Of a DNA stretch of 64,000 nt, positions 11,608 through 25,941 are shown piece by piece. Both the position numbers and the translations under genes were made by a program. The stretch's first letter is position 1. Every line of letters begins with the position of its first letter. The notes under the pieces were generated by a model. The model made no database searches and was not told where the DNA came from. It saw nothing but the letters and a program-made list of their open reading frames with translations. Origin of the DNA: Ancylonema sp. (taxonomy: Eukaryota); NCBI GenBank assembly GCA_050230475.1, contig JBFLGF010000012.1, positions 1-64,000 on the forward strand. Reading direction: 5' to 3'.

Positions 11608-14600
11608 TTTTGAACCATCATTGTACATTCGACTCTCGTTCTTTCTTCAGAACTGTTGCGACAGAGCACCTCGACACGGCAAGTCCTGCAAGGCATGGCG
11701 ACACGAAAAGATGGCGGACACGTTAACAACTACATAGTATAGTCGTTCGACACGCATACTCGTTTTCGGTACGGCGTGTCGGAGATTCTGGCTCGGTACC
11801 GGGATTTCTGACACGCTGTGTATCGTGTCGGATGAAACGGAAAATATCAGATAGTCTAACCAAAATGCAAGGTTGGAAAACAATGAGTTCAAAAAACTTT
11901 AAAAATATGCTCTCATACTAAGATGGGGTTCCAGCCGTCTTTCGGAAACAAAATTTTCTTTATAAAATCCTTCGTTTGGTCCATTTGCGGGGGGGGAATA
12001 GCAATCGTTTCATATTTGCAATGAGAACGGATTCAAACGAACGCCACGGGCACCAGCCACAAGCCGCATCAAACGCTACCGTGGGTGTCGGATTACAAAA
12101 ACTTGACGTGTAGGATCGTATCGCCGTATCATTATAGCGCCGTGATCGTGGAATTTAGTTTCCATAGGATGCAATGGAGCACACTCAAATCCTAGCTGAA
12201 TGATATTTTCGAAGGGTCGGGATGAGATAACTCAATTGTCGTACCATACTTAGTCCGAAACCCTGATTTACTAAAAATAACCTAAAAATGCATATTTAGC
12301 ATCCCTTACCCGTTCTCCCCCTCCAAATGCTAAACCGATCTACCAATTTTAAAAAAAATCTTTCTAAGATCCCGAGACGAGGATGCCAAGGGGTGTGTAA
12401 AGCAATGTATATTCAATGATGACTTTCAAATGGTACACATCCGATGACAGTGACATCCATGCTTATGCATTGACCGCAATCAAGGATTCAGAGTGTTTGC
12501 AATGGCAAAGTAAGATGTTTCTATCCGGGTATAATCACTAAAAGTGGCTTCTTTATACTATTCTGAACCACCTACTCTCCCAACAATTATCCGTAAGGTC
12601 TCTTCCTTAACCCGGTCATATTCGTTGTCGCTTCTAGTGACGTTAACCGCTTAGAGCTAATGCAACATACTATTTTTGTGTGATCCCGTCAAATGACCTA
12701 TAAAAGACAAAATCTCTTAGAAATGCAGCTCAGACTATCTCAACTCCCAACAGCCATGCAACTACCGGACATAGGCTTAATCTGGCCCTATACAAGTGTA
12801 ACGCACGAACGATGTCCACTTCCCTAGATCGTTGCTAGTTATCCGCCGCAATACAATTGCTTAACTGTCCCATTCCTAGCTCCTCTACACGTTGCCATAA
12901 ATGTGGCCTTCACCGTTGTCATTTTTGGCTGTCCTTTTGCTTGTCAAGTCTGGTCTAGCACTTTGCACGAGCCACCGCCCACTTTGGCACATAATGCCAA
13001 ACGCTGGCGTGTCCGCATCTGTGTTCATTTCTAATTTGAATTCCCTTCCTAAACCAAAATTTCCATTCAATTCTTCTTTACACCGTCTCGATCGAATCCT
13101 GCTTGACACAACACGGAATGCCAAACAAATGGCGCTCAGGATATGAAGAATGCCCACTTTTATAAAAATGTTGCCATAGGTTTAGGCTGAAGACGTCAAG
13201 TCACGTAACACAATCAACAGTCACAATATAATGTGTATTTATATTGAGTTTGATTTTACATTGTCGAAACCGGTGACTAACTATTGACACGTTTCACTTG
13301 GGCCAAAAAAGCTCCTCAAACTTGATGACCATGAATATGGGTGATACAACACAAGTCTTTTGGAAGTGGCCCACCGCAACAGCGTGGTGTCCTCCTTGGG
13401 GAACTTTTTTTGAAAAGTTTTTGGAGTTCTGGTCGGGGGGGTTTGAGGTGTTGTAACAATTTTAACAGGTTAGGGAGAGGGGTTGGGGCGATAAATAATA
13501 TCGATACCTCTCAATAGCGGTTGCAATTCAAACTTTGTCCCTAATGTCACACTCTTGACACCGGAATACGGTGTGGGCACGGATTGTGTTGCCATGGCAT
13601 TAGGTTGGACACTTGTTGTTGAACAAGCCTCCTGATTACAACGTTAATCCGATATCATCCAACGAGCAGTATCTCAGAGTGGAATGTGATGTAATGTAAT
13701 GACACATGTTCATTGACATGTCACATTGACGTGACTTCTGAGATCCCGACGAGTCCAACACGGGCCATCTCAAATTGAGGGCGAAGTATTGTGTCATCGT
13801 GATTACCTCATACCTTGTCCCCTATGGTATTGAAACAGGGACATACGAATCTTCTTCAGCAAAACATATCATATATGAACTTCACCACGGGACTCCATAA
13901 CAGTAGTTGTATGAGTCGAACTAATAGACTCAAATGTTGAAGTGGTCGAAGGTCTCCTCTTGCATTCCTGTTGCAATCTTTTGTTCCAATTTGATGAGTC
14001 ATGATGAGAAGTAAAGAATGTTGAGTATGACTGGTTCATTTCTGATATGTATTGTCCAAGTGCCACCTTGGTGATGTTATGTATCGAGTGGTCACGTCGT
14101 ACTCATCTCTCTTGAAGCTGGACAAAGTTGGAGTTTTGATGATGATGTTGAGCGTGGCAACTAATGCGGTGTATTGCCACATGCATCATGCTACTACTCG
14201 AGTTTGCATCACACGGAACCAAAAATGGAGCTGAGATTGGACATGTCCTGAGTGCGACTTTACAATCTAGTTGTTGATTTTGACTCCCAAAACTACATTG
14301 CGTTCCCTAGGCAGAGATTCTCGACACCTAGAAATGCATTGATTGCGCCACTCCTCACCCCTTTGTCTCACAATTGGCTCATCAAGGAAACGATTTTCAA
14401 CCTGGTTCCAGCCACATAGGACTGCTGCCTCGACAACCGTCACACATCTGCCCATGGCTCCCATTCGTATCATACTTGAGTCGTCTACGGAGCGATACCA
14501 CAGCCAACATTGCATCTACTGATCACAAATGCGTCATACCCCTCATATTGGACTGCCTACAGAAGAAATGGCATGAATCACGCTGCGCTTATTCTCCAGG

Positions 14601-14632
14601 GAGACATGCATTATGGAGGACTTTGAAAAATC

Positions 14633-17600
14633 TCAGACTTTGAGTGTGAAATAGTCCGGGTCTAGATGGTGCAACCGTACATACCCATCTTCCCCACCGC
14701 TTACATAACTGCAACCACCCATCCCACCCAACAATCGGTTGGTCCCTCCCACACACTTGACAAGGCAGGATAGCAATCGACTTCCCGCTTGCCACCCTTC
14801 ACCCCCCACACTACCCTCCTCATTTATCTTGCCAAACTTCTCAAGACAATCGACTGCAGACGCTCATAAGAAGAGATGGATCTGATGGCAACACGCGCCA
14901 GCTGCATGCACTCACCTCCTGCCATCCGGACTGAAGACAAGGGCATTCAGTGGCCCAAAGTGGCCCTTCACGGTCCCAATCACCTCCTCGTAGATCTGCA
15001 CACGCCCCCACCCCAACCCCAACCCCAACCCCAACCGATCAGCACACACACCCCCCTCCTCACCAGGCCCGCAGGCTCAGATCCGTGGAGGCAACAAGGA
15101 GAAGTCGGTGCTCTCTCTGTTTGGCTGCAATTGCACAGCACCGCACCCATCGTTCCTCTCATGCGTTGCGTTCCGTAACGTTGCGTCACATCAGTCGACC
15201 TCTGTCTCAGAAAATCGTCCTTCCTCTACAAGGTCTGACACCATGAATCTGAATCACATGAATTTGGGCCTTCACTCTTTCCTTCCATGCCCAACCTTCT
15301 CCCTCTCAACACCACCTCGACCACCCACAACTGCCCACTGCCCACTGCCCACTGCAGCGTCAGTCACCAACTCGACTCATTGGTTCCTCAGAGACCTCGT
15401 TATTACACTGTACGCTGTGTGTGTTTGTCTTGGTGAGGGGGAAAGGTGGAGAGCGTTGCTGTGAGCTCCCCTGTATTGTCTCCCCTCTTACTTTATGATA
15501 GAAGACGGCTTCGAACATGCCCGCCCTCCCAGCTGTGGTGGTCACAGCCGCCGCATCTTGCCCCCCCCCAATCACCACCTGACCAAGCACCACCACCCTG
15601 GTAAGGTGCCCAGTCACCATTTCCGGGTGGAAGAACCTCCAGTTCCCCATGTCCCATGATCATCAGTCTTAGAATGTTACAACCCCCCCAGAAACGCGGC
15701 GCACTCAAAAGCCTTCGGACTGAGTGGTCGGTGATTGGTGAGTGGGTGAGTGGTGGGGCTCACATGGTCCAGCAGGGGTGAGATGGCTGCTGCATTGATG
15801 GGGCGCTCTGTCTTGTACGTTTTCAACAGCTCCAACGTCCGCGTGTCCCACAACTGCATGCCCAGCGCGATGCGAAAAGAAATGAACTGATGTCCAAAAC
15901 GCACTGCTGATCACACCCATCCTGCTACCAGCGGGTCCAGAAACTGGTTGTTTCTACGCGATAGAGTACCGCCCAAGGTCTCACTGAGTGTTAAACCCCG
16001 AACTCGTTCCCCTTCCTGAAACCACTCGCCCCTCTACTCGCTGCCTCTTTTCCAAAATCCACCAACTTCCCTCACACCCCCCTCGCCAGAGCCCCTCAGC
16101 CGCCCTTACTTAGCCTCGTACCTTGGCAGTTTTGTCTGTGGACCCTGTGATGAAATGGGACCCGTCTGCCGACTTGGCAAGGTCAGTGACGGACTTCTCG
16201 TGGCTCACGTCAGGGCCGGTCTCCTTCAGAAGCTTGCCTGTCTGTCCCGTGAACACCACCACAAGGGGAGGAAAGTGAGAGGAGGTGGAAAAAGCGGTAC
16301 CGAGATCTGGGCGGTCAGTGTCCACATCACTAACTGCACTGATGATGGTGTGCTACAGTTGACTCTTGTGCGAAACTCTCACAGCTAAAGTAGAGGTGTG
16401 TGGTGTGTAGGGTATATGGTAAGAGTACTGTCAGTTTCGGATTTACAGTGCCCACTGCAGGGCTTTTCTTTTTCGGGGTTTTATACACATCTACAACTAA
16501 AAACCAGAGAAGGAAGCTTAAAATTCTTGAATAAAGCTCTGCTACATTATATTATTTTGTATCATATTTTATTATATTAAAAAACTATGATGGTAAACAC
16601 GAAAGGATAACCACCATCACGTCAGACCCACTCCTCCTCCCTCCTCACCTCAGCATCCCATTGCCTGATGACACAATCTTCCCCTGCGGCTATGATAGTT
16701 TCGTTCAAAGGGCCCCACACTGCTCTGTTGATTCGACCTGACGGCCCTTCCAGTTTCAACTTCACTTCGTCCGACTCTGCAATTCAGGAGGTACAGACTC
16801 TATTCTCCATCATTTCATGATCACCATGTGAACCATGCAGATCAACCATGCAGTAGCCATCGATAGTTGCGATGAATGCCTCCAAAAAAAATAAATGGGT
16901 TCTTCTCAGGAGCTTTCATCCACTAGACTCCACTAGACACTTCGATCTCCAGCCGGACAAATCTTGGCCCCGTAATGTTTTCTGACAGATTGAAAAGAAA
17001 AGAAGAAAAACCCTAAACCCGCGCTAAATCAGCACCAACTGTGGAGCGATACCGCAATCTCGTAATTTCCATCTGTGTCTCAACTTCTGCATAAGTTGCC
17101 CCAACCTGCCCTGGTACTCACGTTTAGCGGCGTCCATATCGATATCTAAAACGTGAATTGCAGAGGGGCTTCCCATGAAAGGATCAATGGATACAAGAGC
17201 CATTTTCTCGCCATCAGCGAAAGCAACCGATCGGCAAGGACCAAAAAATGGAAACGTGTGAAGCTTTTGGCCAGTCTCTACGTCCCACAGCATGACAGTA
17301 GTATCAGCTGAAGCAGTCAGTAGTCTTTTAGAATCTCCTGCGGAAAGGGAAAACGACCGATGAACATGTAAGCACACAGCTCATGTTCGACTTTGAGATG
17401 TAGACGCTGGGCACACATGACTAGACATAGGGGTTACCAACATTTGTGGCAAACTGTTATCGGACCCGCACCATTGTCCATGCCTGCTTCGGTTTTATGG
17501 TGAAAAAAAATGTTCACTCAGCCTGGGATAGAACAGGACGGTCTCTACCTCAAAAAATATTCAAGTTACAACCATGCATGGCGCTGCCTATCTTACATAC

Positions 17601-17828
17601 ATTCGTTGACAAGTTCAACACAAAATCTTGGTTTCGAGAATTACTTGAAACGTCGCAAGACCAGACTGCGCCATTGTGTCCTACATATGTGCCCACACGC
17701 TCTCCATTGTCTCCATACCAACAAGTTGGGTGGTGATCCTTTGCACAGGTGAAGAGCAGATCCCCATCCCTATTGTACTTCAAGAATGTCAGAGGCCTTT
17801 CGTGACCTTTCAGAAGCAGGGGTCTCAT
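14633..17828 (-). CDS. TIF3I1: Eukaryotic translation initiation factor 3 subunit I (WD40), 8 coding exons
   Basis: [31 protein letters not shown]...; later exons [84 protein letters not shown] introns. Confidence 0.97.
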
Positions 17829-18556
17829 GTTGATGACCAGGCAGGGAGTTCAGTAATGTGAGATAAAGAACTGAGTTCTGTGAGAATATTGTCACCTGTC
17901 CAATACCACTAGATATACAGTCTCCACAGTGGACGCTAGTACGACGACACTGGGAAAAGCTCGACCGCTTGAACGCACAATACTCGCCAACCTTCTCGTG
18001 GGGCTCCGTTCCAGCTACTCTCAAGCAAATGACTCGGTCTTCTGAGGCAAATGCCGTTCTCAATATGTCCACATCCTGAACCCGGGCTTCATTGTCCTTG
18101 TCCTCGTCGTCCCGAGGTTTCGGAGATTCTGCATTCGAAACCTGCAGTGGTTGGAAGTTTTACGTTGACCAGAAGTCCATTTGCATTCCGGTTTTGACTT
18201 TGAACCGAGGTTCATCAAGACTCCCCTGAACCCGATGACCAGCATGTGACATTCGATCTGCTCGGGTAATTCTGATCATGCCAACATGGCACATGCCGGG
18301 GAAATGAATTCTCGGTCACAATTAATCATGGCCGTACCTCGACACATCTGAAATTCAGTTGTGGAACTTAGCTGCAAGTGCGTGCTGTTCTACGGATTCA
18401 GCGTCAAGTGAGATTTTCGTTGCATTGCCAAGGGCTTCGACATTCTGGTTAAGGATACAGGACAGTAGTAGGACCAGGAAACAGCTGTGTATGTGCGATT
18501 CGCTTCATTACTTCCGTCCGCCTTCTCTGAAAACATCTATGTGATAGTTTGTGGAA
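17829..18556. promoter_or_regulatory. Probable bidirectional promoter and 5' UTRs shared by eIF3i and importin-11
   Basis: Divergent start codons at 17828 (-) and 18557 (+), only 728 bp between them. Confidence 0.6.
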
Positions 18557-21500
18557 ATGGCGTTGAGTTCGGAGGACATACAGAGAGTGTTCTTGCTCCT
18601 GAAAGATGCACTCCAGCAGGAAGACGCGATAAGGAAGCCTGCCGAGGCCTCTCTAGCATCTTGTGAAAGCAGACCAGGATTCTCATCTTGCCTCGTGGTT
18701 AGTCTAAACAGTTATTGTTAATATCCAGCAGCCAACAGTCCCTCGCTCTTCGTGCTCTGTTCCCCTCAGTATTTTTATTTTTATTTTTATATTTTTTCCG
18801 TAATTTTTGAGTGGACTGAGTGAATCGAAGGCAAGAGGTGGACCAAGGCATCCACAAAACATTACTCCGATGCTGATATGCAGGAGATTATTGGAGCTAG
18901 CAGTCTGCACGAGCAGGCATCAGTACGTTGGCTAGCTGCTGTCTACTTCAAGAATAGCATAAACCGATACTGGAGGACGAAGAAGGATGCATCACAGTGA
19001 GTCTCCTTAAAATGAGGGTACGGTTGAGGTCAATGAGTTGCTCTACATTGTTTGGGAACATAAATATGTCAATAAGAATCAATCTTGGTGGAAAGCAGTC
19101 AGAAATGAGATTGCTGTGCTGCATATCGCAAAAGACCGATTGTGGTCTTTCTTATTAATTTTTCTTGGCAGTGGTATCACGACTGAGGAGAAGCCTCATC
19201 TGCGGAGTAAAGTACTGGATCTTATTCGGGATGATAACAGTCAGGTGAGATTCGGAAGGAACTCAACGCCACCATACTAGTATTAACGAATCTGTACCCC
19301 TTTTTGTTGGCTTGATTGGTGTGGTTGGCCCAGGTAGCGACTCAACTGGCTGTCAGCATCTCAAAGATTGCCCGGTTGGACTATCCTAAGGACTGGTAAG
19401 CTGTTTCTGTACAGATTTAGGGTATGCAATCGGTGGGCACTGTAGGCGAAGTCAGTGATCCCTCCTTTTTCTGACAGAGTCTTTTGTCTGTGACCCTGTG
19501 GAATGCACCTCAGGCCAGAACTGTTTCCGACCCTGCTCCAAAAGTTGCAATCATCAGATGTGCTGCAAACGCAGCGAGTCTACTTGACTCTTAACCAAGT
19601 GCTGAAGGAACTATCCACGAAGCGGCTGGGAACAGATCAGAAAATCTTTGCTCAGGTAGGTGGCTTGTAAGCCAAAGCAGCAGCTGCAAAGTCTGCTCTC
19701 ACTGACGGCAATGAGAGGTCGAGGGTCGTAGTGGCAGTTTGGAATGGTTGCTGAAGATGGTTTTGCAGGGTGTGGATTCGCAGATCACCTCTCAATTGTT
19801 CGACTTCACGTGGCGGCATTGGTACAGCGACACGGAAGTCATCATTCCCGCGTTCACAACGATCCTACACACAGGGGCCAATGGCGCACCCCCTCTGTCC
19901 GCAGAGAGCCAGCAGGCTTTTGCTCTCACTTGCGACAGGTGGCTGCTTTGCACGCGGACTCTCAGGCGTATGCTTATCTATGGATATGCAAGCGACTTCA
20001 AGTCAGTCCAGGTAGGAGGAAGCCATTGGATTCTGTGAAGCTTGGCATGTATGGGGTCCTCACATTCTTGCGTCGCAACATTTGGAGCTGAGTGGTGGTG
20101 GGGGTGGAATTGCAGGAAGTGGCAGCTGTGTCGCAAGTCATCCCTTCCTTTCTGCAAGCCGTCCAGTCTCTCCTGCAATTCAGTGAGCAGTTCATGACCG
20201 CCTCTTGGCACTGGGAGTGGGAATGGGCAGAGTAGTCACACGTGTGTGCACAGTGTGTGTGTCCGTGTGAATCACACCGTTCTTGGAACAGTGCTCAGCC
20301 TCACAAGGACACAGGACGCGATTTGAGGAAGTAGTATTGTTTCAAACGCAATGTATGTTTCTTGACGTGTGCAGGATCTGCAGCCAAGCAGCAGCAAGCC
20401 TCCTCCTTATTCTTCCTCGAAAAAGCGTGCCTCAAGCTCATCAAAACCATCAACGCCGTGCAGCTCACGCACCCGTACTCGTTCAGCAGCAAAGCAGTGA
20501 TGCTGCCTGCGCTCGACTTCTGCTACGCCCAAGTCACGGAGGGACAAGCGGGTGTGGAAACCGTGTTCGACCCTTTCCTCATACACTGCCTCATCCTCCT
20601 CCAGAACGTTCTGAAGAGCGTTGCCTACAAGCAACCGAAGGGCGGGGGGGTGGTGGGCGAAACACCCACACTGCAGCAAACCAAAGCGAGGCTGTCGGCG
20701 CAGGGCCTCTCCGTCGTAGAAACGTTTTACGACCGGAAGAAGGTCGTGGCCCTAGCCAGCATTCTTGTGGAAAGGTGGGGATTCTGGCTCACCTACTCTC
20801 TTAACTCTGGATCGCAGACATGCTCCAACCCCTCTGCCCTTCACCACTTTCAAGGTGGAACCGTGAGGGTACCATGAGGGTACCCGCACATCACATATCA
20901 TGATGCATTCTTCCTCATTCTGCGCCCTGGGTGGTGGGAAGGAGCAGAGAAGGTTCCTGAGACGGTGTCCCTGTCCTCTCCAGGTACTTCATGCTGACTC
21001 AGCTCGACCTGGAGGAGTGGGACGCGAATCCGGAGGAGGTCCATCACGAGCAGGAGCAGGCCCAGTGGCAGGACAAACTGCGGCCCTGCGCCGAAGCCTT
21101 CTTCATGCTTCTCTTCGAACACTGCAAAGAGGTGCCACCCTCCACCGTCCACCCTACCCTACACCCATTCGCCGTCCACAACAAAATAGCAGAACAGGCA
21201 GAGGCAGAACTGGTTCTGTAATGTTCTCTGCTCCCACTCCTAACCACCACCCATACCGAGTGTATGTTTTGTGTCCCATCACAACCTGGTGACCTCACCT
21301 TCGATCACGATCGATCCCACCCCTCAAACCACTCCTCCTCGCCCATCTGCAGACCCTGAGCCCCGTGGTCATCGACATGCTGAAGCAAGCCTCCAGCGCG
21401 TGCCCTCCCCCCTCCTCTCCCGACGCTCCAGTGGCTGTCTCTCCCGCTCTCCTTCTCAAGGACGCGTGCTACAACGCCATTGGCGTGGCAAACTACGACC

Positions 21501-24130
21501 TCTACGACTACGTGGATTTCCAGCCCTGGTGAGCGCACCGCACCCACCACCCTCTCACCCTCCACTCTCTCCTCAGACCCTCATGTTTTTCCCTCCCTCA
21601 GCATTCCGTAGCAGCCGACCTGACGCACGTCCTCCACCTGCTTTGTGTGCAGGTATCAAGGGGTTCTGGCTCTCGAGATGTCCAACCGCCATCCCAATGG
21701 GCGGATACTGAGGAGAAGAACAGCGTGGCTGGCTGGGCATTGGGTTAGCAAGGTGAGGGCCTCCTCTCGGACTGCTTGCAGCACATGGCAGCTGTCTGAA
21801 TGGACTCAAGGAGTGTCGGATTGCTGTGGCTACAGATCAAGGGCGACCTGCGGCAGCCTGTATACAGTGCTCTGGTGGCGCTGCTTGGGGATGGGGACCT
21901 GGCGGTTCAGGTGCGTGCACTGCCACGTGGGCTGTCCGTTTGGGAGGGGGCAGTGAATGGAAGGTGGAGGGGATGGGAAGGAGGGCAGTTGCAGGATGCA
22001 TGCAATGCACTGAAGAAGAGGTGGGGGTGGGGATGGGGTTGGGGGTGGGCGTCCAGCTGGCAGCCTGCCAAGCGCTGAGGACGCTGATTGACGACGTGAA
22101 CTTTTTTGAGGAGGAGTTTGTTCCGTTTGTGGACCCCTGTCTGCGCCTGCTGCTGCTGGCCATGCAGGCCGTCACACAACTGGACTCGCAGGTGAGAGGA
22201 CAGCCCCACCCTCTCCTCACAAGACACCCATCCAGCGCTTCTCCCTTACTTGTGGGGGCTGGGTGGGGCTGGGCACAGCTGCAACTCATTGGGCTGGTCA
22301 CACTCATCATCGACCGCCTGGGGGACAAGATCGTGCCGTGCGTGGACAAACTCATGACCTTCCTCCCCGGAGTAAGAGTCCAGCCCATGAACCCGAACAG
22401 GTGGCACACCGCATATTCATCCCCATCCCCATCCCCATCCCCACCCCCCCTGCAGGTGTGGCACAACTCCGAGGGCCAGAGCCTGCTGAAGATCCAGGTC
22501 ATGCTGGCTCTGCAGCGCTTGCTCATCGCCCTGGGCTCCCAGTCCCCCGTCTGCTACCCCCTCCTCTTCCCCATCCTCCTCTACAGCACCGACATCAACC
22601 AGCCCGACGAGCTCAACATGCTGGAGGACAGCCTGCAGCTCTGGCAGGCTGCTCTGCGCAACGCCCCCGCCATGGTGCCTCCCCTCATGCAACTCTTCAC
22701 GCACCTGGGGCCCGTCATGGACCGCAACTTCGACCACCTCCTGGTGAGAACCACGCATGCATACCTACAGGCCTCCTCCCTGCTGACACCTGTCCTCTCA
22801 GGTGGCCATGCGCATCATCGAGAGCTACATCTTGGTGGGGGGGGGCGAGTTTCTGCAGCAGCACGGGCAGAGCGTGGTGGCCATCCTAAACGGGGTGGTG
22901 GGCAACGTGAACGAGAAAGGGCTCATGGTCACTCTGGGTGTCATTGACACCATCGTGCAGGTAGAAAGCCCCCCCAACCCCCCTCCCCCCCTTGGCTGGG
23001 TGGCTGGCTGACAGTCGGGTGGGATGACATGTGGGCAGTGCTTCCCAACTGAAGCGCCACCTGTCCTCGAGCACCTTCTCCAGGTAAGTGTTGGCACCAT
23101 CCCCACACTCTCCCCGACCTCTCTTCACTCACATTTCCCCCACTGATGGAGGGAGGAGGAGTTGAGTGAATGCCACCCCCCTGCCCACCCGTGTTGCAGA
23201 AGCTGGTGGTGCTGGTGGTGTGCGGAGAGGAGTCGGATGTGGTGAAGGGCACGGCGGCCGTCGTCCTCGCTCGACTGCTGCTCCACAACTCCTCCGTCTT
23301 TGCCCACTTCATATCCTCCCCGCCCATGGCCGCCCTCCTGCACGGCAAGACGCCCGGTGCTCCGCTGCGTCTGTACGTCGACGAGTGGTTGGACAAGGTG
23401 AACCAACCGACACGCACCGACCACGGCTGCGGTGGAGTGTGTTGCTCACGCCTCGTACGGATGGCCAGATGGACTCCATGGCGCAAGTGGCCAAGCGCAA
23501 GCTGTCAGCGCTATCCCTCTGCGTGCTGCTCACCATGAGGGAGTCGCAGCTGCTAGACCGCCTGGAGGCCATCATCAGGTGAGGGAAACCTTCCAACTCC
23601 CACTACCCTCCCCCTACAGTTGTCCTGTCACCAACCGAAGCTGACAACACAGGTGGGTGCGGGGAGGGGGGGGCCAGTGCCTGCACGGGTGTGCTGCACG
23701 AAACGGAAGGGGAGGGAGAAGGGGCGGCATTAGGGTAACCGAATTCTCAACCCTGAATGCGCTTCTCCATGACGCCATCTCACCTCCCCATGCCCGTTGC
23801 TGCCAGTTTCGACTACTGGGCGGCCAACGCGACGGAGGACGGGTCGGGACCCCAGGCATCCGAAAGCGAGTACTTGCGGCGTAGGCAGGTGGGTTCTGTT
23901 CCCCCCCTCCCCCCTGCTTTTGCTGTGTCAAGGAATGGGGTATGATAGGCACCCCCTCCCCCCCCTCTCAGGTGTTTTCAGCAGACCCGGTGAACACGCT
24001 GCGCGTGGGTTTGTACCTGAAGGAGAAGCTCCAGGTGTGCGCAGTCATCCACGGGGAGGAGGTGTTCAGAGCAGCCATGGGGCGGGTGCACCCCGCTGTG
24101 CTGGCCCAGCTGCGGTTGGCCATCCAGTAA
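18557..24130 (+). CDS. KA120: Importin-11 / karyopherin KA120 (importin-beta family), about 20 or more exons
   Basis: MALSSEDIQRVFLLL...RKPAEASLASCESRPGFSSCL, AAVYFKNSINRYWR, ISKIARLDYPKDW, LKELSTKRL, DLEEWDANPEE..LRPCAE, LLLKDACYNAIG, ILRRRTAWLAGHWV, QPDELNMLED; last exon ends QLRLAIQ*. Confidence 0.93.
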
Positions 24131-25368
24131 CAACGGCACTCACCCGCACACGACCGGGGCTGGACTCGCCCCCCACCTCGTGTCAGAGGGTCATTCTGTC
24201 CCACGTGGCTGTATCCTGGGCTGTGGAGCAGCCATGTGGGAGCTCCGCAGAGGTTGGTGGTTGTCAATAAGGTGAGGAGTGGGGGAGGGGTATCGGCGTT
24301 CATGTCTTATTTCTGGTGATTGTTTATTCATCGTTTTTGCCTTACAGAGGTCTCACCTTCTCACAAATTCTGATTAATGACCGCTTGCTGTGATCGTGCA
24401 GGATTGTTGGTTGGGAAGTATGGAGGTGAAATGTATATAACAAGAGGGGGAAGGTTGGAAACGTTGTATGTGGAGATCATAAAGCCGAGAGGTCCAATAT
24501 TTGCGGTCACATGTTTGTGTTTCGCAGCCAGTAGACTAATGTTTCGTTTTTTGTGTTCACAACAACTCTATAACCGATTTACCCCCTAGAGAAAGACACT
24601 CCTTATCTATACCTTGCATCTGAGTTTGCGATGATTCCTCGGTGATGGTACGTGGCAACGTGATATTTTATCATAATTTATATATAAATAACCCTCTTTT
24701 GGTTCCGGTATGGTATTGTGTTAAAATAAACATCCGTGTTGTTTGGCGGACGTTTTTCAGCAGCCCCCCCATCCCAACTCGTTCACAAATTCCATTCTCT
24801 TGTTTGTATTTGCAACAAATCTTAGTGATCTAGCAAAGCATGAAGCGTGAAGCCTATTTGTAAACTCCATTGACAAAAAAATTATATTGACTTACTCACG
24901 CTGATATGAGTGCAAGCAACGGAAGCACGTGTGGCAAAGCAATGAATTCTTATGAAATGTGTGGGGGGGGGGGTGTTGATAAGTGACATACAAGAATGAA
25001 TTGTGGGCCCAGCACGTGCAACCGTCCGATATAACGACATGCGTGCCAGTCATATAACGAAAGTGCTGCCTAACACCATAACATGTATGCACACGAGTAT
25101 GGCCCCTCTAGTGAAGCTAAAAGTGATGATCTCCATGTGTGTCGATGTAGAATGCAAAATATTGCTCACCAGGCAAGCTATTATAGCAATGGTGCGCGTG
25201 AGTGTCACACGAGGTGTGCCCGATCCAGCTACCATATTAACTAAATACACAACAAGTACGCCATTTAGTCACAGGACGGATCCGATACGCAGAGCAATGC
25301 AACTTGACACGGTGCAGAATGCATACGTGTATGGAGCGGCACTCGATCGCCAGTGGCGACCGAAGGCG

Positions 25369-25941
25369 GTGTAGAAACCCAAATTAATCCCCACTGAAAA
25401 AAATTGTGTTTGTTTTACGCCTCCTCCCACCCCATCCCCCTACCAGGTTTCAATTATCAGCGATCCCCTCATCATCATCCCCTCACTGATTTCGACGTAT
25501 TTTCGGGTACCCACATCCCCACTCCCACCCAGACCCCGGCTCTATCCCCAACGTGTTCTATCCCCATCGTGTTAATCGCTAATGTATATGATCGACTGCC
25601 GACATGGCATTTGTGCCGCTTGTTGCTCGAAAGAGCCAGCAGAACAGCCGTGCACGTAATTTCGCAATATAGCGTGCATTCTGATTTTGTTGCGGGTTAA
25701 TTATGCACGTGTCGAATTATTTGGACACGTGATGATTTGAAACTAGTGTAAATTGCTCTATCTCCAAGGGGCAGACCCGGACATAAACCATTACCCGATT
25801 TTAAACCAATCCACCACTTCAATCCAGTTTCAACTTCCTTCAAATACAGTTTCAACTTCCCCGGAGAAATAACAATTATCGTTTCCACAACCCACGGGTT
25901 TTGAATAAATTGGTGGGGATTTATATATGGTTCCTACGGTA
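25369..25941. mobile_element. Possible MITE (Tc1/mariner-like ends)
   Basis: GTAGAAACCCAAATTAATCCCCAC (25371) vs GTGGGGATTTATATATGGTTCCTACGG-TA (25913-25941): imperfect ~25-bp inverted ends, TA on the right side only. Confidence 0.45.

Noticed and set aside
11650..14250. Short ORFs in the DHHC-eIF3i intergenic region
   Set aside because: No recognisable motifs or splice pattern in the frames I tried; possibly decayed repeats, but unsupported.
15011..15035. (CCCCAA)4 as an interstitial telomere; also the single AAACCCTA at ~17008
   Set aside because: Too short, intronic, and the hexamer is not the plant TTTAGGG repeat.
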